A stretch of 64,000 nucleotides of DNA from assembly GCA_028534125.1 (NCBI GenBank), contig CM052816.1, positions 32,366,001 to 32,430,000 of the forward strand, given 5' to 3'. The position numbers were made by a program, and so were the translations under genes. The notes beneath the pieces were generated by a model, which saw only the letters and a program-made list of their open reading frames with translations, did not search any database and was not told where the DNA came from. Below, in pieces: positions 1-14,499 of this stretch. The DNA comes from Lama glama. Its lineage: Eukaryota. Position 1 is the first letter of the stretch. Every line of letters begins with the position of its first letter.

Positions 1-1119
1 ACATGCTTCTGTGTTTCCCCTCCTTGTTACCCCATCCACTTTTATTAGAAATAAAAAGAGGCTTGAAACATTCATAAAAAGCAGGTTCTCATCAAGCTAA
101 TTGGGAACACTACTTGATATGAGCTACCATGGGAATTAAAATGACAGGTACCATCCATGAGTGTGCGTATTTCACATTCAAGGGTTCGTGGAAATCAGGG
201 GGAGGGGAGGGAAGCAAACTATGACAGATTTTCTTTCCCTTGAAATTGATTTCTTTCAAAAGTAGTGCATAAAGTAACACACATAGTAACATCTCCCCCT
301 TGAAAAGTTAAAAAAATTCCATATAGAGAGCAAAATTCCATTATTATAAACGGTTTGGAGTATGAAGATAAGATCTACTTACAACAGATTTACTCTAACA
401 CTTGGAGAGGATGTACTTCATCGCTTAGAGGAAAAAATATTCGCCCTAAAAATGTAACCCAATATGTGGACCACTGAGGCATTTTATAATGAGATTTTTA
501 CTTTCTTATTCAATTTTTCCTCATAGTCTCTCAGGAATAAAGGAGAAATGAGAAAATCATACCCCAAGATTAATAAAACGGAAGTCCAGAAACATTGAAC
601 TCATCTGGCACCCAGCTGAACGGGACCCAGGACGGGAGCAAGCTGTCTGCCCTCACGGTGGTTGGCACGGCATAGCCTGGCAGCCTGGGAGAAGGGACAG
701 AGCATAGGGTCTGGCGTGACACCACAAGCCCAGTTTGAAGCACAGCTCTGCTGTGACTGAGAGGCTTTCCACAGGTTTTTCTTTAAATCTCCTAGAGCCT
801 CATTTTCCTCATTTATTATTTCTATGTGTTCAGACTATTTCTGAGCAGGAATATTCTTGGACAGTATTCTTAGTGCTTCTTTGTAGCAGAAAGCACTTGA
901 GAACTGCAGAGGTTTTCATGTCAGTGTAAGAACTCCAACAGATGGTGGCTCTCCACAGTGACAGGATGGAACTTTGTCCCCAAGATCGCCCACTCCCTCA
1001 CCCCTCACGCTATGGCACACACACTCACTCCCATTCTGTGCTGAGGGGCACTGCCAGCCCTTCAGCTTCCAAGTGAGGGCACAATCGGCCATCAGCAGGG
1101 AAGAGGGAAAAGAAGACCA

Positions 1120-1300
1120 AAGACACCTGGTTCAAATCCCAGCTCTGCCACTGACTGGTTCAAGGTCTTGAGTTAAGTGACCTTACTTTTGAGGGTCTCA
1201 AATTCTTCATCTGTACAAATGAGGATATGATACCTCCTTTGATAGGTCATTGAATGGATTTAATAAAGTAACACATGTGAAAGCACCCGACACAGAGGAG
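1120..1300 (+). mobile_element. MIR SINE
   Basis: ggttcaaatcccagctctgccact ... catctgtacaaatgagga MIR core. Confidence 0.8.
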
Positions 1301-3334
1301 ATTCTCAGGAGAACTTGGTCTCCCTTCCACGCTTCAAGATATGTGGAAAGCCTGTGTGACTGAAGCCCTAGAAACAGGTCATCAGGTTCCCAGGGAGGGT
1401 TCTCAGGCTTGATTCTCATTTCTGGAGTATAAATTCTACACATCTCACTCATTCATCAAAACTAGGAGTCCCCTACAAACTTAACAGGTAAAGGCAAGGT
1501 TAATTTTTAAGGGGCTCAGAGAAAGAGATAACAGTGTGTAATGAAATATTCAACCAAAGATTTAATCAATTTCGATTTCAGGTTATTGGTATCTGATAAT
1601 AAAACAACAAAAGAATCAGATTGTCAGATTTCAGCTTGGTCTTTTCCCAAAAATGTAATTTTGAAAATTTGAAAGGATTACCTGCCACATATCACTAAAA
1701 ATGTCTATTTTTTTTCTTCTTAAATAATGACTAGATTTTCTAAAAGATGTTGGACACTCCTCGGCATTCTGCAAGCCCCAACATCTTAGGGCAGGAGAGA
1801 AAGTAGAGCCTAGATCTCTGTCTTTCTCTATCACATACACCTACACACACACACATCCCCTACAATAAACACATACACTGGTTATGCTGTTTGTTATCTC
1901 CCGTGCTCCAAAAGCCTACAGGGTAAAGGAAGGAGTTGTCTCCAGAGTTCTGCTTCATTGCAGGGTATCTCCAGAATGTATCAAAAGAAAGGAATAGGCA
2001 TATGATGTTTACTAAAGGCTGGTTGTTTTTTATTCTTCTGACAATTAACAGTCCATGTACTGGCAACCACCCAGCAGCCAGAGACCCATCCCTGCCTAAG
2101 CCTAGCTCTGGGCAGCAGGATGAAACATCTTTCTTCCAGGGATAGTATAATGTTAGTGCTTTTGACATACAGACACAGAGACTTGGATTTCATTAAGACT
2201 TACTAGGCAATTAACACCAGCCACAAAATTAGAACTGATTCAGCAGAGCTTCTAATTCTGCAAAGGTTAGCTTTAATTACTTTCATGGAAGAAATGATAT
2301 TTAATATGCAAAATTCAATAACTTTCTAATAATAATTCCCAGTAGCCACAGCATTTGCATTTCAATAAATTTGAGAAATCAGGTATGAGTAAATTGGTGG
2401 AAACCAACTACAGCATACGTTAAACAGCATAATTATAATTTTAACAGTATGAACACTAAGACAGATGCTTCTTCACTAGCTTCATTTCAGTGACAAGGAG
2501 ATAGATTTACAGACATTCACTCTGTAACCCTTGAACTGTGTTATGCCCCAGATGGAAGAACAACCCAAATACTATTTGCTGTTTCTCAGTATCAAAGTAA
2601 ATACTCTTTCCTTAAATTCCTATAATGATATCACTTTCTAGGGAAGAACGTTTTTAAACTGAAGTTTAAATTTTAGATTTCAATGAATATCTTTATACAA
2701 ATACCAAGAACATCGATTATACAATGACACATAAATTTTACTTTAAGTCAGTAAATGAGTAATATCCAAGTGAATAATTTGTAAAGATTAATGCACTGAA
2801 CATTTAATATTAATTCACTCTTTTATTGATTTATTAATCACTCTTTTATTAATTATCTCTGGGTTTCAAAGCAAGATAAAAAAAAAAGTGGATCACAAAG
2901 GAGAGGGATTAAAATCTGGCATGTTATTATCTTGCCAACACTGGACTCAGCTTTATTTTTAAGACTCCTAGGTGATTTCATTTGGTGATGTCTCCAGTGG
3001 AACTGACAGCAGCGTGGCCCACCACTTGAGTGGTGTGTTTACATCCTGCTTGGGTTTTACAGGGCCTGGAACCTGCCTCACTGCCTGAATAACACCGTAG
3101 CTCTCGGAAGGCAGAGGTGGTTAGACCTGGCTCTTTGTAAGTCTGGACACCCAGTACCATTCCTTCCACATCACAGGCTCTCCACTTAATAGAACAAATT
3201 GAAACAAACCAAAAAATTCTTTTTGAAACATAGAAGGTTCCCATTTTCAATACTGGTATTAAAAAGAAGACACAAGCACCCACCGGGCTGCATGACAATC
3301 AGGCTCTTCCTGCAATATGTTAACAGTCTGACTA

Positions 3335-3555
3335 ACGGTTAACAGCATGGGGCTCTGGAGTTAGAGTGCTAGGGAGCAGACCCCACATCACTGCTTCCTA
3401 GCTGGGTTTCCCTAAGAAGTGACTTGTGTTCTCTGAGCCTTAGTTTCCTCACATATTAATGAGGATAATATTAACAAGGTTGCAATGATTAAATGAAGCA
3501 AGAAATGGAATATATTCAGCATATAGATGGTACTTAGTAACTGCTCAATAAAGTT
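3335..3555 (+). mobile_element. MIR SINE
   Basis: ggttaacagcatggggctctggagttaga ... ctctgagccttagtttcctcac ... ctcaataaa. Confidence 0.8.
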
Positions 3556-4024
3556 TAGATATACTTGTCAGCATATGTAGGCTTTAGGCTACAGGAAATA
3601 TGGCTTTATCTACAACATAAAGTATACATTGTGTTACAACAGGGGATTAACTGAATGTCCTATGAATACCAATAAACTACTATTCGGAATATCTACTTTG
3701 TTTCATAATCACAACATAGAGATAAATGACAACTGGATCAAAACGAACTTCTGAAGATAATAAGCTCTACTATACTTTAAAAACCCTGAACTTAACCCAG
3801 CTAATGTAGACTTTAAATGTAAACCTAGAAAATCATTTTTGTCAAGAAAGTTTTAATAAACTGTTACACTTGTGAAATTCATTGGCATTGTGGAAAAATA
3901 AGAAAAAATTAAATCACAAACTTTAATATGCATGACAGTTGCATTAAATATTTATTCATACACATACACACCCACACCCACACACACACACACACATCCC
4001 CCAAAGGGAAAAAATGCCATTTAC

Positions 4025-4102
4025 CTATACCGGTGCTTATAACTCATAGATCCAAACTTGCTGAGTTTTCTTGACAATGAATTTGATTCATTTTCTGGCA
4101 TT
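4025..4102 (-). CDS. EPB41L4A: EPB41L4A exon ~11 (78 nt): (R)[25 protein letters not shown](S), start of FERM-adjacent region
   Basis: atttag|A ATG...TAT AG|gtaaat; frame continues from exon 10. Confidence 0.92.
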
Positions 4103-4809
4103 CTAAATGAATTTTTAAAGGAAAATTAAAGACTCATGCAACACTTAAGCAAAAGCTATGCAGAAATATATAATAGCACAACACTGTTTAACACATCACT
4201 AACATATTTATTCTACATACTGGCAGGAAATAATAATCAGTTATTTTGAAGCTAATACTTGAAACAATGACATTCTAGTATTTTATACAGGTATAATATC
4301 AAAATACTCAGGCCTCCTGAAGACTATTAGATACACTATTGCTCTCGAAAGGAGTCTTTCATTGTGAATCAATTTAATTTCTCCATTTAAAGTATCTTGG
4401 GGACTTTGTCACTACGTTGATTTACCCATGCCAAGGTTCTCACGGCAGTTAGCCACATGTGACATGATGGTTCACTCTTCTTTGTACCATATGCTCTGGT
4501 ACTTTTTATTCCTGGGTAACTTGAACAGACACCTCGATGTCGAGTTCCCCAGCCCAGCCCCACTGAACGAAGGGCAATGTCTCACACTTTCTGGACCACA
4601 ACCCTCTCTAAATACAAACTCCTCAAAGGACACTGGTCATTTTACAAGACTACTTCTCTACCATCATGCTATTTGGGGAATTTTTCCTATACAAATCAAG
4701 TAGGAATAAGGGGAAGAAATGACCTAGTTTTAAACTTAAAAACAAAAAACAAAGCTTAATGTATTACATAACAAAATTCAGTTTTATCTTTACACCATAA
4801 GAATGTGAA

Positions 4810-5215
4810 ACAGTATCCCCACAATCCAGTGGTCAATTCTCTATCCTCATCTTACTTGACCGCCCAAGAGCATGTAATGCAGTTGCCAGATCCTTATTTA
4901 TCACCACGACATCTTCCTCCCTCCTTTCCCATTTTCCCACGCTCTACTGGTTACTCTTCCTCATACTCCCCGGCCAGTTCTTCCTGTCCTCTAAATGCTG
5001 GGAGAGTCCCACAGCTCAATTTTTGGCCTTCTGCTTCTCTCTTTTCACTTTTTTCATAAGTGATCTCATTCAGTCCCCTTTGCCTTAAATACCTACTAAA
5101 TTTACATGACCAACCTTGGTCTTTCCAGTAAGCCTTGCATACCCAGCTGCCTACTCCGTATCTCCACTCAGATGGCTAACAGGCATTTCAAATGTAGTAT
5201 TTCCACAGTAAGACA
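4810..5215 (+). mobile_element. L2 LINE fragment
   Basis: Pyrimidine-rich; atccagtggtcaattctc, tctccactcagatggctaacaggcatttcaaa are L2-type motifs. Confidence 0.7.
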
Positions 5216-5555
5216 TTAAAGTTCCACCAATACCAAAGCTGCACTTGTACATAAACCTAAAAAACAATTGTCCTTGACCCTTTCTTACAGTACGAGCAAA
5301 GAAGATATGTATGTATGTGTGCGCATACACATAATTCTCTGGATCCTACAAACACAAATATATATTATATTTGTATATATATTTATGTATTGTTTATATA
5401 TTTATATATTTGTATTAGTATGAACCAAAGAATTAGGTGGCTGAAAAAAGAGAGAAACACTTCTAAATTTCTTCTTGTAGATAGAATTCTTGTTATAAAA
5501 GCAAATGTAATATTCATTTATTAGGACAACGAACAAATGTTTCACTTTAACGTAC

Positions 5556-5647
5556 CTAAAAAATGTATGATGTTCCACACTACACTTCCAAAGATGCTTG
5601 CAAGCAGTTTTACTTCGAGCTTCAAAAAAGAATGAGGTTTCATTGCA
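5556..5647 (-). CDS. EPB41L4A: EPB41L4A exon ~10 (92 nt): [30 protein letters not shown](R), end of FERM F3
   Basis: ctctcag|TGC...TTT AG|gtacgt; [11 protein letters not shown] motif. Confidence 0.95.
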
Positions 5648-6109
5648 CTGAGAGAAGAAGAGAATATGAATTAGTGCGATAACATTCTTCAGATGACAGC
5701 CACCCTCTAGGTACCATAAATTCAAAGAAGCAGATAAATTATTTTTAACACATAGAACAAAGAATAGTTATCTCTTGGTAAGTAGTTTTGGAGACCTGCC
5801 TTAAAACCACTCTCAATCAATTAACAGTATAAAATGTTAAGTCCCATATAAATCTGACCGCCATCACCTTTATTCCCTTCTTCTACATCACGCCATGACC
5901 ACGGTAATCAGAGTGACGGCACTGAGGCACTGCAAACTCTTCCGGCATAAACAGGCACCAAAACAGGAAAAATATTGACCGTGTGGAAATTAACTCCCAA
6001 TAAAAAGAGAACACTCATAAATCCAGCTCTTAACTGTCTTCCTTTCAGAGATGTAGAGGCCACACTTAAACTGATGTCTAAAGAATCTCACGAGGGGCCA
6101 CTGGGAGGA

Positions 6110-6260
6110 GGAACCACCACAGCAGTGTAATCTTGGCAAGTTACATGGTGTTCCTGATTCTGAATTTCTCCATTCTGCATCGTTATTGGGTGAAATAAAA
6201 TAAATGATGTGACAGATGTAAAGCATCATATAATAGGCATACAATAAATTTTAACTATTA
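6110..6260 (+). mobile_element. MIR fragment
   Basis: agcagtgtaatcttggcaagttac ... atgtaaagcatcata. Confidence 0.6.
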
Positions 6261-6769
6261 TTTTAAACCAGTAGTTACTTAATTACTTATTCTAAAACAT
6301 AAGAAACAAAGGCAATATAAGAGGTAATTTTAATTGTACAGGAAAAGATACTTTTTTTTTAAGTGACTGACTAGGAAACCAGGCAAAATACAGTATCAGT
6401 ACTAAAACAATAAACCACAAACTCTGTGAAGTTATGTAATTGCTAATTTTGTTTCAGATAAAAACTAAAACCAGTTCACAAATATAGAAACATCCCTGGA
6501 ATGGGGTTTCTCTGGATTCATAAATACCAAACTGTCAATGCAGAGGAGTAATGATTCCTGAAATGATTCCTCCCCCTGCACGCTCACTTTCAACAAGGAC
6601 AGACATTTATGTACATGCAATTTCTCCCGTCCTTGGGCTGCCCCATTTAGGAGCTTATTTGCGAAATGAAAGGATGTGAGAAAGCAGAGCCAATACATGC
6701 ACGTTACAGCAAGGCAACCTCGAATTCCAAAACCTTGTGAGGTGGAGGAAGGAACTCAGAACAATTCCC

Positions 6770-7230
6770 AGGGATCTGAGTTGGGTGCTGCCAAGCACTA
6801 AAATAGAGCAAGTGGGAAAACTGGGGATTTGGCGAGGGAATGGACAATAAGTTCAGGCTGTTTTGATTTTGAGGTACTCATGGAATTGGGAATTTCACGC
6901 ATCCAGTGAGCCAGTAAACAGGCAGGGGTAGAGCTGAGAAGGATCATATCTGCTGGCACAGATGATTTCACCTCAGGGTCTAACAGAGATTATTCCAGGA
7001 GAGAGCGCAGAGCAGACAAAGGTGGAATCACAGTGAAGATGCTCGTGAAGGTGGAGTGGGAGAGGTCACAGTGGACCAGGAGGCGATGGTGTCAGAGAGG
7101 CTGGAGGAGAGGGCAAGTCTCAAGTGACCCAGAAAGGTCAGTGTCTGACAGGAGGTCACCACATTTCACGGTGAGAAATCTTCAGTGGCTTTCGTGAAAG
7201 GGGTAGGAATTACAAAATCAGAGATGAAGA
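6770..7230 (-). mobile_element. L2 fragment (reverse)
   Basis: Purine-rich; aataagttcag..ttttgattttgagg, ggaccaggaggcgatggtgtcagag. Confidence 0.55.
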
Positions 7231-8657
7231 AGAAAAGGTAATGAATTCAGAAAGTGCTTTCCTCAAAAACAAAAGAAGTGGGGGGTGGGGGTGGAGGGGC
7301 GGTGCAAGGAAACCACAGAAAGTCCCTCCGGGCAGGGTGGGAAACCAAGCCTCTGGTCAGGAGGTGGAAATGCTTAGAGGGGAATTCCTCTTCTTTTCTT
7401 TTTAAAATATACACATGGTATAAACACCAAAGGTTAACAAAGTGGATACACAATGATAACTCAATCTCCCTCCCACTCTCCCCAATTCCCCTCCCCAGAA
7501 GCAACCACTATTACGAATTCCTTATGTAACAGGTCAGTGTTCTTAAGGTCACTGGACTATCCAAATATAAAACACATTTGTTCATTTGTTTTAAGATAAT
7601 TTTGCATCTCTTTGCCCTGTATCAGAATAAATAAGATAAGGCAAGTACAGGAGAGGATGCTCCTCCCCTCCCTCAACCTCCACCTTCCTCAGTGTATGCG
7701 CCCCATCTCACTGAGACTTTGCACAACCCAAGCATTAAGTGGGACAGGACGCAATGGGCACTGTCACCGACAAGAAATGGGGACTGTTGACTACTCTGTG
7801 ACACAGACACCTTCACATTTTAGCAAAAGCATCCACAAATAAGGGGGAACTGACATACCTAAATCAAATTTTCAGCAAGTTATTCAATTACATATAATGC
7901 AGATTTCCAAAAGTGGAGGAGAAACAAAAAAGGAATCAATCTTGAAAATAAAGCAAATCTCCTTAAACTTTTCTTGGACTGGTTTTCACTTTATTCTTCA
8001 CATACGTATCTGTATTATTTTGCTTTTCAAATAGTGACCTGGTCACAGGAAATCTAACTTTAAATATATTTTTTAAAACTACCATCACCTAATGAAAGGA
8101 TAAAAGGTATTTAAGATCCAACCAGAACAGGGTTTTCTCAAGTTTCTTTGTGTACAAATATATTAAAGGAACAAAAGAGCCTCCCACAGGCCTCCTAAAT
8201 ATTTCTGCCCTGTGCAAATGACAAGTATAAACTCATTCCCCATTCACTGAAGGCTTTAACACCAGCTGCCTGTTTTTTCCCCATTGTTAGCAGAATGACC
8301 CAAATACAAAAAAGAGCATTGCGTTAATACAACTTAAAAAAAGAGCCAGGTATTCTGAAAAAAATTCTGTGTATTTTTGCCACTTATAATAACTACTGGC
8401 ATAACTGTAACTGATGTGACATTCAACTGTCTTTTCTTTCACGGCTCTCCTACCTACTCAACCTTTTCCAAACAGACATGGACAATTAGCACCTTTCCAT
8501 CTGTTCATACAAAGATGAGTAGCTGCTTAAGAAGTTCTTTCCAATCTACCGCTAAAATACTTTATCCAAGCATTCAATGCTTGCTTTTGGCAAAATTACT
8601 CAAACACCTGCATAGTTTGGGCCATCTCATGCCATAAGCAAAGCTACAGTCTGAATC

Positions 8658-8784
8658 TTTTTTTTTTTTTTTGGAGGGGATGGTAATTAGGTTTATTTAT
8701 TTACTTAGTGGAGGTACTGGGGATTGAACCCAGGACCTCATGCATGCTAGGCGTGCACTCTACCACTGAGCTATACCCTGCTCC
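8658..8784 (-). mobile_element. tRNA-derived SINE (camelid Vic-1-like)
   Basis: Reverse strand GGGTATAGCTCAGTGGTAGAG (A box) ... GGGTTCAATCCC (B box), poly(A) tail, TSD-like tgaatct at 8652-8658 and 8788-8794. Confidence 0.88.
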
Positions 8785-10019
8785 TCTTGAATCTATTTCT
8801 TATTTTATAAAGGGATCAAGCTTAAATCACCTCTAATTCAGATACCACATGGGGCTTCATCACACTGAAGATGTCTAAGTAAACTCAAAGTCCTGATTCT
8901 ATCACTTGGAAGAATTCAGGACCTGGATCATACTGATGAATTCCCAACCTAACTCTCCTTGTTCTTCTCAGCCTCTTTTCCCATCTTTGCTGGCTGTGTT
9001 TCTCTGTGCATACTTGAAGAAATAAGTCTACTTGAGCCTGGCCTTTCCACAGTGTGCTGACGTCACTGACAGGGCCATGGAGGGACTCACACTGCACGAG
9101 GCACAGCAGCTCACTCTTCCTGGGCCAGCTCCAGCCTCATGGCCTCTCCCAAGCCCGACCTGCCTTGCCACACACAGCCCATACTTCAGCCAGGTCCTCC
9201 GCTTTGGTCTTGAGAAGCAGTCACAACGGACAGTCTGCCTTCCCCAGCAAGAATTACGGGGATAAACATCTTCTTAATTCTGTTATTATACATTTGTCCC
9301 ACCTCCAAGGTCACTAGAAGTAACCTCAGGTACACTGCACAGGTCAAATATTTAGAAGCCAAAGAGATTAGTACGCCTAACAATCCTAAGATGCAATCAT
9401 TATACAAATGTTGGAAAGGCCTGCAGCAGAGAGGTTTCCTATCAGGAGAGGCTAAAAGAAGTCTACAGTGTTATAGCCTTTTTAAACATTCAGTCTCTGT
9501 AAGATTTTTATGTACTTGGCAATAGTTAACTTACTTTAGGCATTAGGTGGAAAACGACAAAGTCAGGGGGCTAATAGCAAATGACTGAAAGAACTTAATT
9601 ACTGATAAAGGAAGGCAAGTGGTGGAACCAAAAACAAACAAAAAACCTTCAACTGAAAACAGACACCAAAGAAATATCACAAAATTTTGAGAAATTATAT
9701 CTTTATAAATGGTGAGCCTGAATGACTGCAGTTGTGCAATTGTAAAGACTAAAACTTCATGTTAGTGTGTGTGAGACAGTGCACACAGTGTTTTTTTTAA
9801 TCACTTTCCCCATATTTTCCATGGCTTTCCTATCTAGGCAACCCCAATTCAAAGTCAGATAAAAAATTCAGAGTAAGTCCTGCAACAAAAAAAAAAGTAT
9901 CAATCTTGTTATTATTTGGAAAGGGAAGTTAGAGGGAATTTTAAAACAATGAGTAAACTGTTACCTTGTTCTTTCAAGCTTTCTCTTCACATTGTGCTCC
10001 CTTAGGAGTATCTCTTACA

Positions 10020-10210
10020 ACATTAGCGTCTTGTGATATTGGCATAAAAAAACTTTCATGGGCAAGTAAGTTTGGGAAACACTGGGTTAAACACTCAAAC
10101 TTTTTAATGTGCTAATGTGTTCTGTGAATCTCCAAGAGCTAATAAGGTAGCTCGTGTTTCCCTGAGTTATATGAGCAAAAACTTTCTTTCAAGTACTCTG
10201 ATTTAGAAAA
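10020..10210. mobile_element. hAT-Charlie-type MER fragment (MER103-like)
   Basis: aagtttgggaaacactgggttaaac ... ttctgtgaatctccaagag. Confidence 0.5.
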
Positions 10211-11224
10211 TATTACACTACACATAAACACCCCTACACCCACAAACCAGTTTTTTAACTCTTTTTGAAGTGCATATAATATGCTTTGAATTAAAAATCA
10301 ATGTTCATTTCAACAGAGCACTGAAAGAATAAAATCCATTTCCATTTCTGCATTTTACAATAAAAGAACAAAAACAGCAAAAATATTTTAGGACTCACTG
10401 GTCAGCTGTGTGGATTATATTCCAAATTATATACTAAACATGAAAAATCTTTTTACCTCTTTTACAGATGAATAAATTAATTGCTTGATGAATAATTGTA
10501 CACAACTCTTTCTAGTTCATAGAAACAAAATTATAGAGTTGGAAAAGATGTGTTAGATTGTGTTGTATTTCCTCCTTTTTCTTTTCCTCCCAAAAATTCA
10601 AAAGGAGAAAGTATGAGGCAAAACACTGAAGAATATTTATATAATGTTTCAGTAAACTTTGAAAACTACTACAGTGAGCTTATTCTGCATCCTATTTGGA
10701 AAAATTCACAGATGCAATCCCAGGATTCCAGATGTTTTGCTTTTGTTATTGTTTTTACACTATCTTTTCCTCATCTGCTCTTTAGAGAAACTGTAGGATT
10801 TCCTAAGTGTTATCATTTATCTCTTATATTTGCAGATTCAAGTTTTTAATGATAATTAATCCTTACTGCAAGTCTTACAAAGATTTTTTTTTTAATTTTT
10901 AAAAGGCATATCTGGTAAGATCTACTGATACTTTAATGTAAAAACATTTTACAGCAGGATTTAGAAATTCCTTCCAATGACTCATGTGTTTTAATTATGG
11001 AGAAACATATATCCTAGCAAATGAAGCAAAGAAAATTCCATGGTCCTAGAAGACCTGAACTCTCCTTCCTGCCTTGACAGAAGCTCGTCGCCAGCCAAGA
11101 CTGGTCAAGAACAAGGTGTTCCCACGCAAAACCCTAGAAACTCTACGTGCATGAGGGCAAGATAGTTTCAATTCAGAGACAGGTCCCAGGTGCCCATTAC
11201 AAGTCCAAATTTGGACCAGGTTCG

Positions 11225-11380
11225 TTCAACCTCACAACCCTATAAGACAGATTTTATCATCTTCACTTCGTAGATAAGGAAATGCAGGTTAAATGTTGTT
11301 CAGGAAACAGTCCAAAGTTAGAGAAGTGGGAGATCTGGACTTAACCACGCTATTTGACCACAAGTCTAGTAGTTCATCAC
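11225..11380 (-). mobile_element. MIR fragment
   Basis: cctcacaaccctataag ... tagataaggaaatgcaggtt. Confidence 0.6.
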
Positions 11381-11589
11381 TGAATCTGAAAGACTTCAAA
11401 CCAAAATGTCGTATGGCATCAGGATCCAAATGTTACTAACAGAGCCACACTGGTGAATACTTCAAGGAGTATCTAACACCTATAGTTTCAGGGACACTCA
11501 TATATTTTAGATGAAATGCAAAATGACACAAAACCTATAGGCGGAGGTGGTGGTGGAATAGGATGGTATCTAACACACCTACACATGCA

Positions 11590-14115
11590 CTTACCCTGAG
11601 CATTCCTACTACTGGGAATTCACCCCGAAGATACCTCTCCAACAATATAAAAATACCTAAGCACAAAGTTATTGATTGAAGGAAAACTTGTAATTTGAAA
11701 CAACCAAGAACTACCTAAATGTCCCAGCATAGAGATTGGTTAAGTAAACTGCAGTACGTACACTCAAGGGAGTGCTATGCAGCTGTACAAGGGAATAAGA
11801 AAGCTCTCAATGAACTGATATAGAGAGACCTCTAGGAGATATTACTAAGTGAAAGAAAAAGTACAAAATCGCATACAGCATGCTGTATTTCACGTAAGAA
11901 AGAAGGAAGAAATTTTAAATATGCTTCTCTTTACAAACAGAAACACAGGGAGGTGGATAAACCATAAAACACTGAAGTTGGTTACCTACAAAAGGGTGAG
12001 GGAATAGAGCTGAAGAAATATGGGAATTAGTGATACTTCTGAGCGTGCCTTCTAGCATGCTAATCTTCTACATCTTCAAAAAATGAAATCAAATAAAAGA
12101 AGATGTGAAGGGGGGACCTGTAAGTGAAAGCAAACTGAAACAGGTAAACCTAACTGGATCTCAAATGAATACCATAACCACAGGGATAAGGAAGGAGAGA
12201 AAGAGGGGCCAACTTGAAGAAATTTTGAACACGGTATTGGACTCTATGCTCAATCCTGGCAAGGTGGTGTATGTGAGTGAAAGAACTGCAAAAAAAATAC
12301 CATCAATTTTAGTGGTTTGGCCAAAGCAATTCTGAAACTATTTGAGATGTAGTTCGGATTGATTAAACAAGTCAATATGTTACTCTTGCTGGGAGCCAAG
12401 GTTCTCATGGCCAAAGAAAAGCTATACAAACAGGCAGTGAGGGAAGGAAGAGCAAGCCCGGTAGGGATGGATGCAACCTGGAGTCATGGCATGAACTTAT
12501 GATTTCCACAATGTGCAGAAGCATGTTCATACGTGCACCTGTGTATGAACATATGTACTTATATTTGCATGTATGTGTATATTCATGCATGTATTCCCTA
12601 GCTTTGCCCATTAGAAAAGCCAAGAAGCAAAATCACCCCAGTAGCAATGACCACACCTCATACCCAGATCCTGACCCTTCCCCCACTAACAGGAACCAGA
12701 GCTCTTTGGAGAAATGGCTGATAACAGGGAGGATGCAGGGGAGGTGCAAGATGCACCTGAAATACCATATTGTACCAAAAAGTAAGAAAGTGAACAAAAG
12801 AATGGTAAGGGCAGGTCAAAAGTGCACAGGAGCCAGATTAAAGGGGCTCCCACTGGCCAAATCTAAGACAACTTCAATACCAGAACAGTTACGTACAGTA
12901 GTATATTATAAACCACTGAAAAATAGGAATAAATAAGTCCATGCCAATAACAGAAATATATTAAAAAGAGAGAAGGTGAGGCTCCTGCTTGCAGTGGAAT
13001 TCCAAGGGCTGACTGATAAACGTGGAGGCAGTGGGAAAGCTAGAAAATCAGCATCTTGCAAGCACCCTTGTAAAATACCACATTAGGCAAGAATCTTCAA
13101 TGAATGCTAGACCTGTGGGGAAATTTGAAGAGCAGGGTATTTGCATTGAATTAAATTATCCCTCCACAGATTACTTGTTAGTTGCAAAGGAGAAAAAATA
13201 ATAATAATTTTCCACTGTATAATTACAGTGGAAAATCAGAACAACCGTGACTGGATAATCAAACTTAACTAACGTGAGGCAGACGGTGGTCACCATACGC
13301 CTCCAGTTGTGAGGCCCCGAGAGGGACACAACTTCACCTGTGCTGTTTTCCAGCTGAGAACGCAGAACCTCATCTAATCACAATGGAAAAGCAGACAACT
13401 ATGAAATGAGCAGCTTTTTACAGCTGACCCTTGAGCAACCAAGGGGTTAGAAGTGCCAGCCTCCACACGGTCAAGAATTCTGTGTAACTGGACAGTTGGT
13501 CCTCTGGATGCAAGGTTCTGCATCTGTGTGTTCAACCAACCGAGGACTGCAGAACATCTGGAGGACCTATTTAGTGAACAAAAATCCACCTACAAGTGGA
13601 CCTGTGCAGTTCAAACACCTGTTGTTCAAAGATCAACTGCATTTTCAAAAAATAGGGTAACACTGTATTCTAAACAATGTCACCGTCATATAGAACAAAA
13701 ATGCTACGAAAATGTTCCATATTAAAGGAGGCTAATTTGATTCTACACTGAAGTGGGAAAATGCTGCAAGGAACTTTACTAGGTCAACCAACAAAACTGG
13801 AATATAGAAAGCAGATGACAGAAGTATCATATCAACATAAATGTATTAAGTTGATAATGGTACTGTGGTCACAGCAGAGAACATGCCTATTCTTAGGAAA
13901 TACACACTGAAGTTTTTAGAGACATATGACACAGAAACTTACTGTTCAGAAGGGATTTTGTGTGTGTGTGTGTGAGAGAAATAAATTTTTTTAAATGGAG
14001 TAAAATGTTAACAAGTGAATGTGAATAACAACAGATGACCATGCTCTTTGTAATATTTTAATGTTCACAATTTTCTGTAATTTTAAAATTACTTTCAATT
14101 AAAAACAATTTTTAA
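11590..14115 (+). mobile_element. Old L1 (L1MC/L1MD-like) 3' region, fragmented
   Basis: gcattcctactactgggaatt, acctaaatgtcccagcatagagattgg, ttcttaggaaatacacactgaagt, A-rich end. Confidence 0.7.
13421..13639. mobile_element. Tigger2-derived MITE (MER8/MER28-like) inside the old L1
   Basis: TIRs cagctgacccttgagcaac ... gttgttcaaagatcaactg; flanks ta / ca (decayed TA TSD). Confidence 0.85.
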
Positions 14116-14499
14116 AAATCTATAGTTCTACTTAAAAGGTGAAAAGAACCCCTCGCTTAATGTAAGCAAGACCTCATGGGCTTGTTGACCAACAGTTAGA
14201 ACTCCTGGCGACCATCACTTTCCGTGTACTCTTCTCAAAACGGGCTGTGAGTTTGGCCAAGTGGGTCCAATTACGCGTAGCCAGAGCTGCCAGAACCTTT
14301 TGGTTCTACATCCTGTCACGCTGGGTAGGTTTAGCTGAGGTTAGCTCCATGACACATTATACGTAAAAGTAATCCCAGCATCTTTTTTTCTTTTTCATTT
14401 GTTCAACAAACGTGCTTAGTACACGCCAACTTCCGGGCCTACTGTGGGGACTGCATTCTTTCCATGCTCAGGAAACCAAGAAATTTGGTTATGATCCTA

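Noticed and set aside
2815..2850. Short direct repeats (also near 30620-30655 and 23920-23941)
   Set aside because: 11-13-bp slippage duplications, common background; not an array.
8720..8784. tRNA-like A/B boxes (also at 58515-58580) as tRNA genes
   Set aside because: They continue into SINE body and tail with TSD-like flanks, so they are retroposons.
12499..12936. 145-aa plus-strand ORF
   Set aside because: Lies in old L1 3' sequence with low-complexity TG/TA content; no protein signature.
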